From an uncultured Alphaproteobacteria bacterium (GTDB lineage Bacteria > Pseudomonadota > Alphaproteobacteria > Rhizobiales > Rhodomicrobiaceae), in contig CAVRLF010000004.1 in the NCBI GenBank assembly GCA_963721975.1, forward strand, positions 3,033-67,032: a DNA stretch of 64,000 nt. Direction: 5' to 3'. A program made the position numbers and the translations under genes. Below, one piece after another: positions 30,254 to 41,404 of the stretch (within the stretch, counting starts at the first letter, position 1; each line of letters opens with the position of its first letter). The notes under the pieces were generated by a model, which searched no databases, was not told where the DNA came from, and saw nothing but the letters and a program-made list of their open reading frames with translations.

Positions 30254-30898
30254 ATGTCCGACGAACTCGTGTTCTACACCAATCCCATGTCGCGCGGCCG
30301 CATCGCGCGCTGGATGCTGGAGGAGGTCGGCCAGCCGTACCGGACCGAAATCATCCAATTCGGACCGGCCATGAAGTCGCCCGAGTATCTGGCCATCAAC
30401 CCGATGGGCAAAGTGCCCGCGCTCCGTCATGGGAAGACCGTCGTCACCGAGACGGGCGCGATCTGCGCCTATCTCGCCGACGCCTTCCCACAGGCGGGAG
30501 TCGCCCCCGAGCCGGGAAGCCGGGAGCGCGGCGTCTATTACCGCTGGCTCTTTTTCGGCGCCGGCCCGGTGGACGGGGCGATCGTCAATAAGAGCCTTGG
30601 CTTCGAGCCGCCGGCTGAAAGGCAAGGAATGGTGGGGTATGGCTCGCTTGCATACGTCCTCGACACCTTGGAGAAAACGGTTTCGGCGTCCGACTATCTC
30701 GTTGGAAACAAGTTCTCCACGGCGGACCTGTACCTTGGGGCGCAACTCGGCTGGGGCATGATGTTCGGCGCGCTCGAAAAGCGTCCCGCTTTCGAGGCCT
30801 ATTGGAACAGGATCAAAGACCGGCCCGCAGCCGCCCGCGCGCGCGAAATCGACGACGCGCTGCTTCCCGCAAGCCCGCCGGCGGGCTCGACGCCTTAG
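30254..30898 (+). CDS. Glutathione S-transferase family protein
   Basis: YTNPMSRG, INPMGKVPAL, TETGAICAYLAD, FSTADLYL. Confidence 0.9.
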   Translation: MSDELVFYTNPMSRGRIARWMLEEVGQPYRTEIIQFGPAMKSPEYLAINPMGKVPALRHGKTVVTETGAICAYLADAFPQAGVAPEPGSRERGVYYRWLFFGAGPVDGAIVNKSLGFEPPAERQGMVGYGSLAYVLDTLEKTVSASDYLVGNKFSTADLYLGAQLGWGMMFGALEKRPAFEAYWNRIKDRPAAARAREIDDALLPASPPAGSTP

Positions 30899-31137
30899 CC
30901 GAGGCCCCGGATTTTTGCGCCGCGGCCGGGGGATCCGCTCCGCGTTTCCCATAAGCGCGCGCGTTGAAGGATGTCCACGCTTCGCCGGCGACCTCCATCG
31001 TATGCGGCGGTCTCCCGAAAAAGCGGCGAATGCGAAAATGACGCCGACCCAAAACAAAAAAATTGCAGTAATGTTTTCATAGGCAGAGGCCTTGGAAAAA
31101 TAGATAGGTTTGCGTTTCGTCGCCGGGCAAAAGTATC

Positions 31138-31911
31138 ATGAGCATATTCGACCTAACAGGCCGCGTCGCCGTCATTACCGGCTCCTCGCGCGGGATCGGC
31201 CGGGCCATCGCGCTTGAATGCGCGAACATGGGCGCGAGCGTCGTGGTGTCCTCGCGCAAGATCGGCGCCTGCAAAGACGTCGTTTCCGAGATCCGCGCGG
31301 CCGGCGGCCACGCGACGGCGGTCGCCTGCAATGTGGGTCACAAGCCCGATATCGAAGGCCTCGTCGCCCACGCTCTGCGCGAGTATGGCCGCATCGACAT
31401 CCTGATCCCGAACGCGGCCACCAACCCAGTTTACGGCCCGTCATCCGAAGTTTCCGACGAGGTCTGGAACAAGGTTCTCACCACGAACCTCACCGCGACG
31501 CACTGGCTGTGCCAACTCGTGCTTCCCGGCATGGCCGATCGCGGAGGCGGATCGGTCATCATGCTGTCCTCGGTCATCGCCGTCGCCGGAGCCGCCAATA
31601 TTGGCGTGTACGCCATATCGAAGGCGGCCGAAGCGCAGCTCGCGCGTAACCTCGCCGTGGAGTGGGGCGCGCGCGGCATCCGCGTCAACGCGATTGCGCC
31701 CGGCGTCATCAAGACCGACTTCGCCAGGGCGCTTCACGAAAATCCGAAAGCGGCGGCCCTGGCCGCGAACCTCACCTGCCTGAAGCGTCTCGGCGAACCG
31801 GCTGAGATCGCGGGCGTCGCCGCCTTCTTGGCATCGGACGCGGCGCGTTATATCACAGGCCAGACGATCCTCGTGGACGGCGGCGCTTCAATCTTCACTC
31901 CAATCGGATAA
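31138..31911 (+). CDS. SDR family oxidoreductase
   Basis: TGSSRGIG, YAISKAA, IRVNAIAPG, ITGQTILVDGG. Confidence 0.9.
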   Translation: MSIFDLTGRVAVITGSSRGIGRAIALECANMGASVVVSSRKIGACKDVVSEIRAAGGHATAVACNVGHKPDIEGLVAHALREYGRIDILIPNAATNPVYGPSSEVSDEVWNKVLTTNLTATHWLCQLVLPGMADRGGGSVIMLSSVIAVAGAANIGVYAISKAAEAQLARNLAVEWGARGIRVNAIAPGVIKTDFARALHENPKAAALAANLTCLKRLGEPAEIAGVAAFLASDAARYITGQTILVDGGASIFTPIG

Positions 31912-31918
31912 TCGTATC

Positions 31919-32966
31919 GTGGCTGAGCTCATCGACGTTCTTCCAAGTCATCGCTTCGACGAAAAGAAGCTCTGGCGCTTTTTGAAAAGTCGCCTGGAGG
32001 ACTTCGGCGTTCCGCCAACCATCAAGCAGTTCCAAGACGGCCAATCCAACCCGACCTATCTCATCGCCACGCCGATCCGGAAATATGTGCTGCGCAAGCA
32101 GCCGTCAGGAAAGCTCTCGCCGGACACGCACGCCATGGACCGGGAATTCCGCGTCCAGTCCGCGTTGAAGGGGACGCCGGTTCCGATTGTGCCGATGCAG
32201 CTTTTCTGCGATGACCCGTCTGTAATCGGGACGCCTTTCTACCTCATGGATTACATCCCAGGCCGCATTTTCGACAGGCCCGACCTTCCCGCCCTCAGCA
32301 ATTTACAGCGCAAAGCCGCCTACCGGGCTTTCGCAGAGACGCTCGCGGCCTTGCATGAGGTTGATTTCGCATCGCTGGGGCTTGGCGACTACGGTCGAAC
32401 GGAAGGCTACGCCGCGCGCCAGCTCAAGCGCTGGAGCGATCAATACGAGTTCCTCGAAGACGGGCCATATCGAGGCCATGGACAAGTTGATCGCGTGGCT
32501 CAAGGCGAGCGTTCCCTTCCGCGACGAAGCGGCGATCACGCATGGCGATTATCGCATGAACAACGTGATGTTCGAGCTGACAGAGCCGCACATCATCGCT
32601 GTGCTCGACTGGGAGCTTTCGACGCTCGGCCATCCGCTCGCCGATCTCGGCTATGTCTGCATGTCGTATCGGACGCCGGCGAGCGTGCCGTTCCTCGGCG
32701 GATTGCGCGGGCTCGATCTGGCGGCGCTCGGCATCCCGACGGAGCAGGAACTCGTCGGCATGTACTGCCACCGCGCAGGCCGCGAGAACGTTCCCGACCT
32801 TACCTTCTTTATCGCGCTGTCGTTCTTCCGCTTCGCCTCCATTGCGCAGGGCGTATACGCGCGCTCGCTGCAAGGCAACGCCGCCGACAAGCGCGCGCCG
32901 CTCGCCGAACAGGCCGCCATCGCGCTCGCACAGGAGGGCTGGCGCATCGCCGAGGCGGCGGGGTAA
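31919..32966 (+). pseudogene. APH/phosphotransferase family protein (ACAD10/11 N-terminal-like), +1 frameshift near 32450 (possible sequencing error)
   Basis: GQSNPTY..VLRKQP in frame 1, then HGDYRMNN, VLDWELSTLGHPLADLGY in frame 2. Extra T in GAGTTCCTCG. Confidence 0.85.
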
Positions 32967-33107
32967 GGCTGGTTGCCGCCTCTGCCGATTAGGCGGTCAA
33001 AGGCCGACTCCAGCCGTTCCAGAATTTCAAAACCGATGCGGGATAAGCTTGAGGACAGTGTGCCCGATAATTGGCGCCCGGCAAACGTCTTGGCGAAGTA
33101 CGGCAGT

Positions 33108-33488
33108 TTATTCCGTCCAACTCACGCAGCCGCTCGTTTCACAATTGCCCTGCACATGTCCGTTGTGGGCTCTAATCGACACATGCAAGAGCCCACGACA
33201 TGCAGGGCATTCGATGACCTCCGAGTGGGAGGAGCCGTGATGCTGTTCCCGCCAAGGTCGAATGCCAGCCTTGACCGTCATCACCAAGCGCAGGCGCTCC
33301 TCAACCGATTGCGTGTGGAGAGCAATTTCGTCGGCGGTCGGCGCCCTGAAACGATCACAAGAAAGGCGCTGTCCAGGTTTCTCGTTGACTTTGATGAAGC
33401 ACGGCAATTTCTGCATGCGGAGGTACTCCGTTCCACCGTTGAGCGCGGTGTAATCGATGCCCTCGTGGCAAGTATCGTGCTTCGCCAT
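33108..33488 (-). CDS. Cys-rich hypothetical protein, phage-like zinc-ribbon type
   Basis: IECPACRGLLHVSIRAHNGHVQGNCETSGCVSWTE (two Cys pairs) in an AT-richer islet. The phage link is from recall, not a search. Confidence 0.6.
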   Translation of the reverse strand: MAKHDTCHEGIDYTALNGGTEYLRMQKLPCFIKVNEKPGQRLSCDRFRAPTADEIALHTQSVEERLRLVMTVKAGIRPWREQHHGSSHSEVIECPACRGLLHVSIRAHNGHVQGNCETSGCVSWTE

Positions 33489-34005
33489 AGACCGAAAATG
33501 AACGCACCACTCCGGCGCGAATCCCCGATCTCTCTGGTTTTTGCTCACTTGAAGCCTTCTCCTCATTGTGCCGCTAAGGGATCAATCGGTATCGTTGCGG
33601 TAAAACGCTAAACCGGAAGGCGTATCAACCCCGGAGCCGTTGATGAGCGCATTGTTTGCGAACGGCGGGGTCATTCCGCCCATCACCTTACCCCTACTTT
33701 GGCTTGCCGCAATTTAAATTTATCGCCAGGATGGGGCTGCGCCTCGATCGCGCCTGGCTTGTCATCGCACCAAGGCGCAAAAATCCTTTTCCACATCAGT
33801 GCATATTGCCCAGGCGCCGCCACGTTCCGGCGCTAAGCTTTCGGATGGTGTGGACAAATGGGACCATGGCCAAGCCGTCTTGAAGCCGGAGGTCCAGTGA
33901 CGCGAGCGTCTATGAAGGCCGCAGCCGCGCACCGTAATGGGCGATGTCCTTGAAATGCCCTTCTTGTGCAGCTTTAATCGAAACTCACAAACGAAAAGCG
34001 ATGCG

Positions 34006-34185
34006 ATGAAAACATATCAAGAGTGCGTCAAGGAATGTGATGACAATATTCCCCATAAGACCGATGTTTATATGGGAGGCTTTCTTGATGCCATTGCTTT
34101 TGTATTTAATAAGAAACGAGCGCAGGTCATCAAGGACATAACTGTTTACAGGACGGAGCGCAACTTTGAGGAAGATGAAGCGTGA
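34006..34185 (+). CDS. Small hypothetical protein
   Basis: AT-rich ORF MKTYQECVKECDDNIPH..GFLDAIAFVFNK. Confidence 0.45.
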   Translation: MKTYQECVKECDDNIPHKTDVYMGGFLDAIAFVFNKKRAQVIKDITVYRTERNFEEDEA

Positions 34186-34254
34186 AAGCGCTTCCCTCGC
34201 CCATGTGTGTTAAATGTGCGTTCCTTTCCACGATAACTTTTTCAAACGGAGCAA

Positions 34255-34500
34255 GTGATGTCCGCGGATATCGATAAAATCGAAGCGACTATGCGCCAGC
34301 ATTGGGAAATACCAAGCGATTTAAGTTCCGCCAAGCTGCATGAACATGCCGGCAGGCTCCAGGTTTTGATCGGGCAAAAATACTCTCATGAAAACCTGAA
34401 ATACCAGCTTCGCTTGCTTCAGACGAACAAACTGGGCCAAGACTTTAATGATCAGGCCTGCGATCAGCTTGCCGCCGATCTTCTGAAACTCGCCAAATAG
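34255..34500 (+). CDS. Small hypothetical protein
   Basis: GGAG RBS and helical composition. Confidence 0.55.
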   Translation: MMSADIDKIEATMRQHWEIPSDLSSAKLHEHAGRLQVLIGQKYSHENLKYQLRLLQTNKLGQDFNDQACDQLAADLLKLAK

Positions 34501-34994
34501 GGCCTTGCGCACGCCCGCGCTCTTGCGTCCACCTGTCATTCGATGAAGGGGATCGCCCCCACCAGCCTGAGACAGGGCCTTTTTGATATCACACTGGAGA
34601 GCCTCTCTACGCGGCCGGTGAGCGCTGCGGAGCTTGGCTATCCTCGTCCATAGCGCTTTTGTCAGCGTCGTCTCCGTTAACCTCGGCAAGACGCTTTTCG
34701 TGGGGTTCGAGCGCAGGCGACGCGGGACGCACATGCAAGCCGATCCGAAATGGCCGCCTTGCGCACCGTGCATGCAAAATGCCGTTCCAATTACGAGTTC
34801 GTACAGCTAGAGCCAACCTTGACCGCCTCATATTTGAGCGTTGAGCGCGGCTTGCTGGCGCTTCATAGCGTATAGGCGCGTTGCTGCTGCAATTCGGCAA
34901 CTGGGCGGTGAAAGATTCCGTTTAACTCTGCAGCGGGCGTCTTGCTCACCCTACTTTCGTAGGGAATAGTGGGCGCCTGCTGGGAGAACGTGGA

Positions 34995-36260
34995 ATGCGG
35001 GGGTTAGGTTTCGTCCTTAAAGCCGTGCTCGCGGTGAGCACCATGCTTGCTCTATTCGCCATCGTCGGAGGCCTGGACTGGCTGGTCGAGCAGAAAATGC
35101 TGAGCGACGAGCAGGCCGAGGCTTCGGCCGCGGCGACGCCGGGCGTCGCGGCTCTTGAGCCTGCGGTTCAAGCGCCTCCCGTCCTCTCTGCGCCGCCGTC
35201 CCAGCCAAGCCTTGCTCAAGCCGCAGCGCTTCCGTCCGCCGACGCGGTTACAGGCGGCGGCATCGCCCCCTTTAATCAGACGCTGGAGGATATCGGCGCA
35301 GACGCTCAGTCGGGGCAGGACATGATCCGCTTCGCCGCCGCCACGCCGCAAATTCCCGCGCTCACGCTCGGGCACATCCCGGCGCTCGTCGCCAAGTTCG
35401 CGCCGGCCAAGGTTCTGTTCGGCGCCGTGAATGCGCCGTCGAGAATGGCGGCGCGCTCTATCGGCTTCTATTCGAGAGGCTGCCTCGCGGGCGCCAGGCC
35501 TCTGCCCGTGAACGGGTCCGCGTGGCAGGCCATGCGCCTTTCCCGAAACCGCATATGGGGCCATCCGTCGCTTGTGCGCTACATCCAGCGCTTCGCCAGG
35601 GACGCCAAGGCCAAGGACGGCTGGCCGGGCCTTCTTATCGGCGACATGTCCATGCCGCGCGGCGGTCCGATGCCTTTCGGCCATGCAAGCCATCAGGTCG
35701 GCCTCGATGTCGATATCTGGTACAGGCCCATGCCCGACCGGATGTTCTCCGCCGAGGAGCGCGAAAGCACGCCCATGGAGACCTTTCTCCTCGATCCAGC
35801 CCACGTCAATCCGCAGATGTGGACGCCCGACAATGCGCGACTCCTGCGCCGGGCCGTCTCCTACCCGGAGGTGGCGCGCGTGTTCGTGAACCCCGCGATC
35901 AAGAAGTGGCTCTGCGACAATGAGAAGGAAGACCGCGCGTTTCTTCGGAAGATCTCGCCTATCATGGGCCATGACGAGCATTTCCATGTGCGTCTCGTCT
36001 GTCCCGCCGACAATCGGAGCTGCCGCAACCAGCCTATGCTGGCCACCGACGAAGGCTGCGGCAAGGGCCTCGACGCCTGGGTCGCCAAACTCTCAAAGGC
36101 GGCGTTGGCGCCCGTCCCCGTGGCGGCGCCTGCGCCCTCGCCGAAAGCCGGGACAACACCATTGCGAGCAACGAGGGGAAAACGCTCCCTCACCTTGGCG
36201 CAACTTCCGCCGGATTGCCGGACCGTTTTACAGGCTCCTTCGATGTCGGCGGCGCGGTGA
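34995..36260 (+). CDS. mepA: Penicillin-insensitive murein endopeptidase with long N-terminal linker
   Basis: GFYSRGCLAGA, RLSRNRIWGHP, SHQVGLDVDIW, HDEHFHVRL.C. Confidence 0.9.
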   Translation: MRGLGFVLKAVLAVSTMLALFAIVGGLDWLVEQKMLSDEQAEASAAATPGVAALEPAVQAPPVLSAPPSQPSLAQAAALPSADAVTGGGIAPFNQTLEDIGADAQSGQDMIRFAAATPQIPALTLGHIPALVAKFAPAKVLFGAVNAPSRMAARSIGFYSRGCLAGARPLPVNGSAWQAMRLSRNRIWGHPSLVRYIQRFARDAKAKDGWPGLLIGDMSMPRGGPMPFGHASHQVGLDVDIWYRPMPDRMFSAEERESTPMETFLLDPAHVNPQMWTPDNARLLRRAVSYPEVARVFVNPAIKKWLCDNEKEDRAFLRKISPIMGHDEHFHVRLVCPADNRSCRNQPMLATDEGCGKGLDAWVAKLSKAALAPVPVAAPAPSPKAGTTPLRATRGKRSLTLAQLPPDCRTVLQAPSMSAAR

Positions 36261-36351
36261 TAAAGTTTTTGGCTTACTCAGAGGCTGGGCGGCTTGAGAG
36301 CGTGCGGCGACGTGGGCGCCAACTTGCCTCGGGCTGTACGAGTCCGCGCCA

Positions 36352-36789
36352 TCATTTCATCACGGCCTTGAGCCTCTCCGCGTGGCTTGCGATAAGAGCG
36401 GTGTCCCCCATGACGCCTGCGGGCCGAAGTGGCATGCCCTCGCGGCGGGGGATCACGTGGACATGCAGGTGAAACACGACCTGTCCGCCCGCAGGCTCGG
36501 AGAATTGCATGACCGTTATGCCGTCGGCGCCGAAAGCCTCCTTGGCCGCTACGGCCACTCTTTGCGTCATGTGGATGAGCGGAGCGAGAACGCTCTGGGG
36601 CGCGTCGAGAATGTTGCGAACGGGCGCCTTGGGGACCACGAGCGTGTGGCCATCCGAGCGCGGCATGATGTCCATGAAAACGAAGGTGTCCGCATCTTCG
36701 CACACAAAGTGACAGGGCGCCTCCCTGCGCAGAATTTTCGCGAAAATGTTGTTCGGGTCGTAGGCTGGCGCAGTCATGGCGATCTCCAT
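36352..36789 (-). CDS. HIT family protein
   Basis: NIFAKILRRE, GHTLVVPK, GQVVFHLHVHVIPR. Confidence 0.92.
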   Translation of the reverse strand: MEIAMTAPAYDPNNIFAKILRREAPCHFVCEDADTFVFMDIMPRSDGHTLVVPKAPVRNILDAPQSVLAPLIHMTQRVAVAAKEAFGADGITVMQFSEPAGGQVVFHLHVHVIPRREGMPLRPAGVMGDTALIASHAERLKAVMK

Positions 36790-37093
36790 CCGCTTTGAGG
36801 TCGCGCTGTTTTGCCCTTACTCGCGAGCGCCGGTCAAGCGCAGGAGGCAAACGAGTGAAGGCGGCGCACGCATAACGCCCGCCGCCTCTTTGGACAGCAT
36901 ATGTTGTGGGGCAATATGCTGCTCTCAGGACAACGCCCTTGGCTGCTGCTTATTCCCGAACTCTCCTCTGTTTTCGAAGGAATCATGCAAAAAATATTTA
37001 ACTGAAGCATCACGCGAGCGCGCAGCCGAAGCAAGCTCAAAAAGATAAACAGTTGTGCCGGCGCGCATTCGAACAAAAGCTTTAATATATCGT

Positions 37094-38128
37094 TTACGAA
37101 TGTTGCAGGGCATGGCGAAGGCGCGATAGTTCTTCTTCGCCTTTCGCCAGTCCGAAGCGCATAACGCTTCGATCCTGAAAGGGCCGGGTCAACACGCCTT
37201 GCGATGCAAGGCGGCGGAAAATCTCGTTCGCAGCCGTAGTAGCGGCCAGCGTGAACAGCGCCGCGCCGCCCAGGATACGAAGCCCGGCGTTCTCAAGCAC
37301 GGCGTTGAGCGCGTTCGCAGCCTCGTTCAACCTCGTCCGCTGGGACAAGGCCCAGTCCACGTTGGCGAGCGCAGCGTCCCCAAACGCCAGCGCCTGAGCG
37401 CAAATCGGCTCAGCGCCCAGCGCCGACCTGAGCCGCCCGGCGATCGGATGCGACGTGATCGCAAAGCCGAGCCCGATGCCTGCGCCGCCATAAAACTCGC
37501 CGAGCGACCGAAGGACGACCGTGTAGTCGAGGCGGCCCACTTCGGGGAGAAGCGAGTGCGCCGGATCGGCGTCGGCGAAGGTCTCATCGACAATCAGCAG
37601 CCCGTCGCGGCGCTTGAGCGGCGGCAAAGCCGCGGCGAGATCGCCATGCGGAACGACGCGGCCATCGACATGGCTCGGATTGACCACGATAAGGATGGCC
37701 GCCTTGCCGAGGTGATCCAGCGACTCGATGGTCGATACCGAATGCCCCGCCGCCTCCCAGGCCGCGGCATGGCCCGCGTGTCCCGGCGCGAGGACGGCGA
37801 CGCGCTTCGGCTCGCGGAAAAGCCAGGGCAGGATGCTCAAGCCGGCAGTCACGCCCGGCAGGGGGACAGCGTCGGCGACACCGGGCGCGCGATAAGCCTT
37901 CTTCGCCGCCGCGGTCAGTCGTTGCAAGGCCGCCGCGTCAGGATGGCGGCGCAACTCGCTGGCGGATGGGGCCGGAAAAGGACAACTCCACGGGCTGATG
38001 GCGGTCGAAAGGTCGATCCACGGCTGCGGCGCACCCGGATAAACCTCCCGCGCAACATCGAGGCGGCCGCCTCGCTCATAGAAACGCGGGTCAATTTCGT
38101 ACGCCAATGCGCCTGCCTTACCGAACAT
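37094..38128 (-). CDS. cobD: Threonine-phosphate decarboxylase (cobalamin pathway, CobD/CobC-type)
   Basis: IDLSTAISP, VVNPS..DG, VDETFAD, LRSLGEFYGGAGIGLGF. The expected PLP lysine position reads E. Confidence 0.7.
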   Translation of the reverse strand: MFGKAGALAYEIDPRFYERGGRLDVAREVYPGAPQPWIDLSTAISPWSCPFPAPSASELRRHPDAAALQRLTAAAKKAYRAPGVADAVPLPGVTAGLSILPWLFREPKRVAVLAPGHAGHAAAWEAAGHSVSTIESLDHLGKAAILIVVNPSHVDGRVVPHGDLAAALPPLKRRDGLLIVDETFADADPAHSLLPEVGRLDYTVVLRSLGEFYGGAGIGLGFAITSHPIAGRLRSALGAEPICAQALAFGDAALANVDWALSQRTRLNEAANALNAVLENAGLRILGGAALFTLAATTAANEIFRRLASQGVLTRPFQDRSVMRFGLAKGEEELSRLRHALQHS

Positions 38129-38252
38129 TTCCGCCTTAGCCTCCGAAAGACGTTAGCGTCGCGCATTCATCATAGGGCGCTGCCCCCTCTGGCGCTATGC
38201 TGCAACTTGCGACCACTTGGTCCCTGTGCTGGGATCTTAAGAGGCGCTTTCT

Positions 38253-38621
38253 TTACCCCTCGCAGGCGAAAGCGCCGGGCTGGCGGCCATACTCGCGCGA
38301 CCCTGCGTAGTGGTTGAAGTTGTCCTTATCGATCCACACCACCGAGCCTTTGCAATGGGCTTTCGCCTCGGCCTCGCTGCCAAACCGGCCGCGCTTCGAC
38401 TTCGCCTCTGCACCAGCGGATTTCGAGGGCTGATCGCCGTCCTGGTTTTTCTTCTTTGAATGCTTCTTCGCCTTTTCCTTCGGCGCCGCATCCGATGAAG
38501 CGGAACTGGCGGCCGGCGGAGCTGCGTTTTGCGCTGTCTGAGCCATGGCTATTGAACTTGCAAAGATCATAACGCATGCGACCCCGAAAATCCTGGAGCG
38601 CAGCATTGTTTCTTCAGTCAT
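38253..38621 (-). CDS. Secreted hypothetical protein
   Basis: Signal peptide, low-complexity linker and C-terminal F.SEAEAKAHC..VVWI..YG..GAFAC. Confidence 0.65.
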   Translation of the reverse strand: MTEETMLRSRIFGVACVMIFASSIAMAQTAQNAAPPAASSASSDAAPKEKAKKHSKKKNQDGDQPSKSAGAEAKSKRGRFGSEAEAKAHCKGSVVWIDKDNFNHYAGSREYGRQPGAFACEG

Positions 38622-38844
38622 GAGGAGGACCCTCCGAGCAATTTTTCCGAATTTCTTACAACGTGGATATAAATCCACAAATCTGGGTAAAATCTTGATG
38701 CTGAACGCTTTCCGCCGGTGTTTTTTCAACCGCCGGTAGGTCGCCGATTGAGAGCCTGGCAGAGACCCATCTTGCGCGCTCTGCTATAGTCCCGCAAAAA
38801 GATTTAGGATGGTGGCCAGCCAATGCGCCGCCCGGAGCCGTGGA

Positions 38845-40062
38845 ATGACTGAGACAGCCGAAAAGAAAGCGCGCGATGCGGCCTTCTTCGATTGGGCCGA
38901 TCCTTTTTTGCTGCACGAGCAGCTGAGCCACGAAGAGCGTCTGATCGCGGAGACCGCGCATTCCTTCGCTGAAGACCGGCTGCGGCCCCGTGTGGTGGAA
39001 GCCTACGCGCATGAAAAGACGGATCGCTCCATTTTCAACGAAATGGGCGAACTCGGGCTTCTCGGCCTCACCCTGCCGCCTGACTATGGCGGCGCGGGCG
39101 CGTCTTATGTCGCCTACGGTCTTGTGGCCCGCGAAATCGAGCGCGTCGATTCCGGCTACCGCAGTATGATGAGCGTGCAATCCTCGCTCGTCATGTATCC
39201 CATCTACGCTTACGGAAATGACGAGCAGCGCGCGAAATATTTGCGGAAGCTCTCGACCGGCGAGTATGTCGGCTGCTTCGGCTTGACTGAGCCCGATGCA
39301 GGGTCGGACCCCGGCGCAATGGCGACGGTCGCTGAGCCCATCAACGGCGGCGGCTACAGGCTCAGCGGCTCGAAGACATGGATCTCGAACTCGCCCATCG
39401 CCGATGTTTTCATCGTCTGGGCCAAATCGCGTGCGCATCAGAATAAGGTTCGCGGTTTCGTCCTGGAGAAGGGGATGCGCGGACTTTCAGCCCCCAAGAT
39501 CGAGGGCAAGCTTTCCTTGCGCGCCTCCGTCACCGGCCAGATCGTCATGGAGGGCGTCGAGGCGCCTGAAAGCGCTCTCCTTGAGGGCGCGTCGGGCTTG
39601 CAGGCCGCGTTCAACTGCCTCAACCGCGCGCGCTTTGGCATCGCGTGGGGCGTCATGGGCGCGGCGGAGGATTGCCTGCACCGGGCGCGGCAGTATGCGC
39701 TCGACCGCAAGCAGTTCGGCCGTCCGCTGGCGGCGACGCAGCTCGTGCAGAAGAAGCTTGCCGACATGCAGACGGAGATCGCGCTCGGCCTTCAGGCGGC
39801 GCTGCGCATAGGCCGCCTCTTCGACGAAGGCAAGGCCGCGCCGGAAATGATGTCGCTCGTCAAGCGCAACAATTGCGGCAAGGCGCTCGATATTGCGCGC
39901 GCCGCCCGCGACATCCACGGCGGCAACGGCATTTCCGGCGAGTATCACGTGATGCGCCACGCGCAGAACCTCGAAACCGTCAACACCTATGAAGGCGCCC
40001 ACGACGTGCATGCGCTCATTCTCGGCCGCGCGCTGACCGGCATCCAGGCGTTTTCGGCTTAA
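38845..40062 (+). CDS. gcdH: Acyl-CoA dehydrogenase (glutaryl-CoA dehydrogenase-like)
   Basis: [56 protein letters not shown]. Confidence 0.85.
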   Translation: MTETAEKKARDAAFFDWADPFLLHEQLSHEERLIAETAHSFAEDRLRPRVVEAYAHEKTDRSIFNEMGELGLLGLTLPPDYGGAGASYVAYGLVAREIERVDSGYRSMMSVQSSLVMYPIYAYGNDEQRAKYLRKLSTGEYVGCFGLTEPDAGSDPGAMATVAEPINGGGYRLSGSKTWISNSPIADVFIVWAKSRAHQNKVRGFVLEKGMRGLSAPKIEGKLSLRASVTGQIVMEGVEAPESALLEGASGLQAAFNCLNRARFGIAWGVMGAAEDCLHRARQYALDRKQFGRPLAATQLVQKKLADMQTEIALGLQAALRIGRLFDEGKAAPEMMSLVKRNNCGKALDIARAARDIHGGNGISGEYHVMRHAQNLETVNTYEGAHDVHALILGRALTGIQAFSA

Positions 40063-40363
40063 GCGGGTGTTCGCGACTTGACCAACGAATGGACGGCGGA
40101 AGTGAGCCTCCTCACTTTCTGTCGGAGAGGCCGCAAGCTGACTAAACGGCACTAGATACTTACTTAGCTCGGTGCGCCCGCTTTAAGATCGCTTTGCGGA
40201 CGACCATGAAAACCCCTCAAGTATCCTCGGCGCCGAAGATGTGCTGCGCGGGCGGTCTGCCCGGTCGCCAGAAGCGGACTATCCCTTCGAAGGAGACCTC
40301 CAGCCAGCAGCCGACGTTCCCTATGTCAAAACCTTGCCTTGTCAACGTCCGGAGTCTCAGGCG

Positions 40364-41374
40364 CTATTTTGCTGAAACGGGCTCAGGAAACTTCCAGCTT
40401 CCGTCGAGGATCTCGGACCTGGGCCGGTACAGACGCGCGATATAGTTCCAGCCCGGCATGATCCTGAGATGATTGGGCGCGGCGGGATCCCCGCCGAAGT
40501 GAACGGTCGTCGTGCCGTCGGCGTTCTTTTTCGCGGTCAGGTTGTTGACCGAGATGGCGTTGGCGGGCGGCTCGAAAAAGCCGTCCTTGTTGTAGACGGT
40601 GATCGACCAGAAAGCGTCCACCGGCACGTCCTTGACCGTCAGCGTGTAGGGCGTGACGCCGTCATTGTCTTTCACCACGGCGTTGACATAGAGCGCGTCC
40701 TTCTCCCTGTTGCCGGCGAAACCGGCGGCCGTGCCGATGAAATGGGCGACCGGATCGACCTCGCTCACGTCGCCGAACATGCCGCGGCTGCCGGAGACAT
40801 AGGGCGTCATGGTCAGGATCGCCGCGCGCAAGCCGTTCAGCTGGTCCTGATCCCAATCAGGGACCTCGAATTTTCCAGGATTGTCCTGAATGACCTTGAT
40901 GCCGTCCTGCGCCTTCTTCAATTCAGCGATGTCGGCGGGATCGTTCGGATCGACCAGGGTGCGGAAGCCGACCTGAACATACCGGGTACCCATTTTATCC
41001 TGGGTGAGGGTGTAGGTTCCCGGTTCGTAGGCGACGAGCTTGATGTAATGATCCTCGTTGATCACAACCATGGACTGGAAGCGCTGCCCCGTGTCGGGCT
41101 TGACGATGGTCACGGGGGTCGAGAGATCGAAAACCGCCATGCTATAGGGCGTATCCCGGTTCATGCGGATGATGATCTGCTTATCGATCGCCGGCGGCCC
41201 CGGTTCGTTGCAGAACTTGCCGAAGCACCCCGCGTCGGCCTTGGCCTTGAAATAGTGGTCGGTTTCCGCGCGGACGAAATTGTCCACCGTCACCCGCTCG
41301 GCGGCGGATGCTAGCCCCGAATTGAATAAAATCGCGGCGACCAGAAGCGATGCCCGTAAGACCCCCATCAACAA
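40364..41374 (-). CDS. DUF1254/DUF1214 domain periplasmic protein
   Basis: NFVRAETD, RMNRDTPYS, VPVDAFWSITVYN, PGWNYIARLYRP. Confidence 0.85.
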   Translation of the reverse strand: MLMGVLRASLLVAAILFNSGLASAAERVTVDNFVRAETDHYFKAKADAGCFGKFCNEPGPPAIDKQIIIRMNRDTPYSMAVFDLSTPVTIVKPDTGQRFQSMVVINEDHYIKLVAYEPGTYTLTQDKMGTRYVQVGFRTLVDPNDPADIAELKKAQDGIKVIQDNPGKFEVPDWDQDQLNGLRAAILTMTPYVSGSRGMFGDVSEVDPVAHFIGTAAGFAGNREKDALYVNAVVKDNDGVTPYTLTVKDVPVDAFWSITVYNKDGFFEPPANAISVNNLTAKKNADGTTTVHFGGDPAAPNHLRIMPGWNYIARLYRPRSEILDGSWKFPEPVSAK

Positions 41375-41404
41375 TCTCCCTCATACCTGAAAACACGAGC
41401 CGCC

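Noticed and set aside
36895-36921. Inverted repeat CAGCATAT-N11-ATATGCTG between HIT and cobD
   Set aside because: A single 8-bp inverted repeat with no identifiable regulator. Too weak to call.
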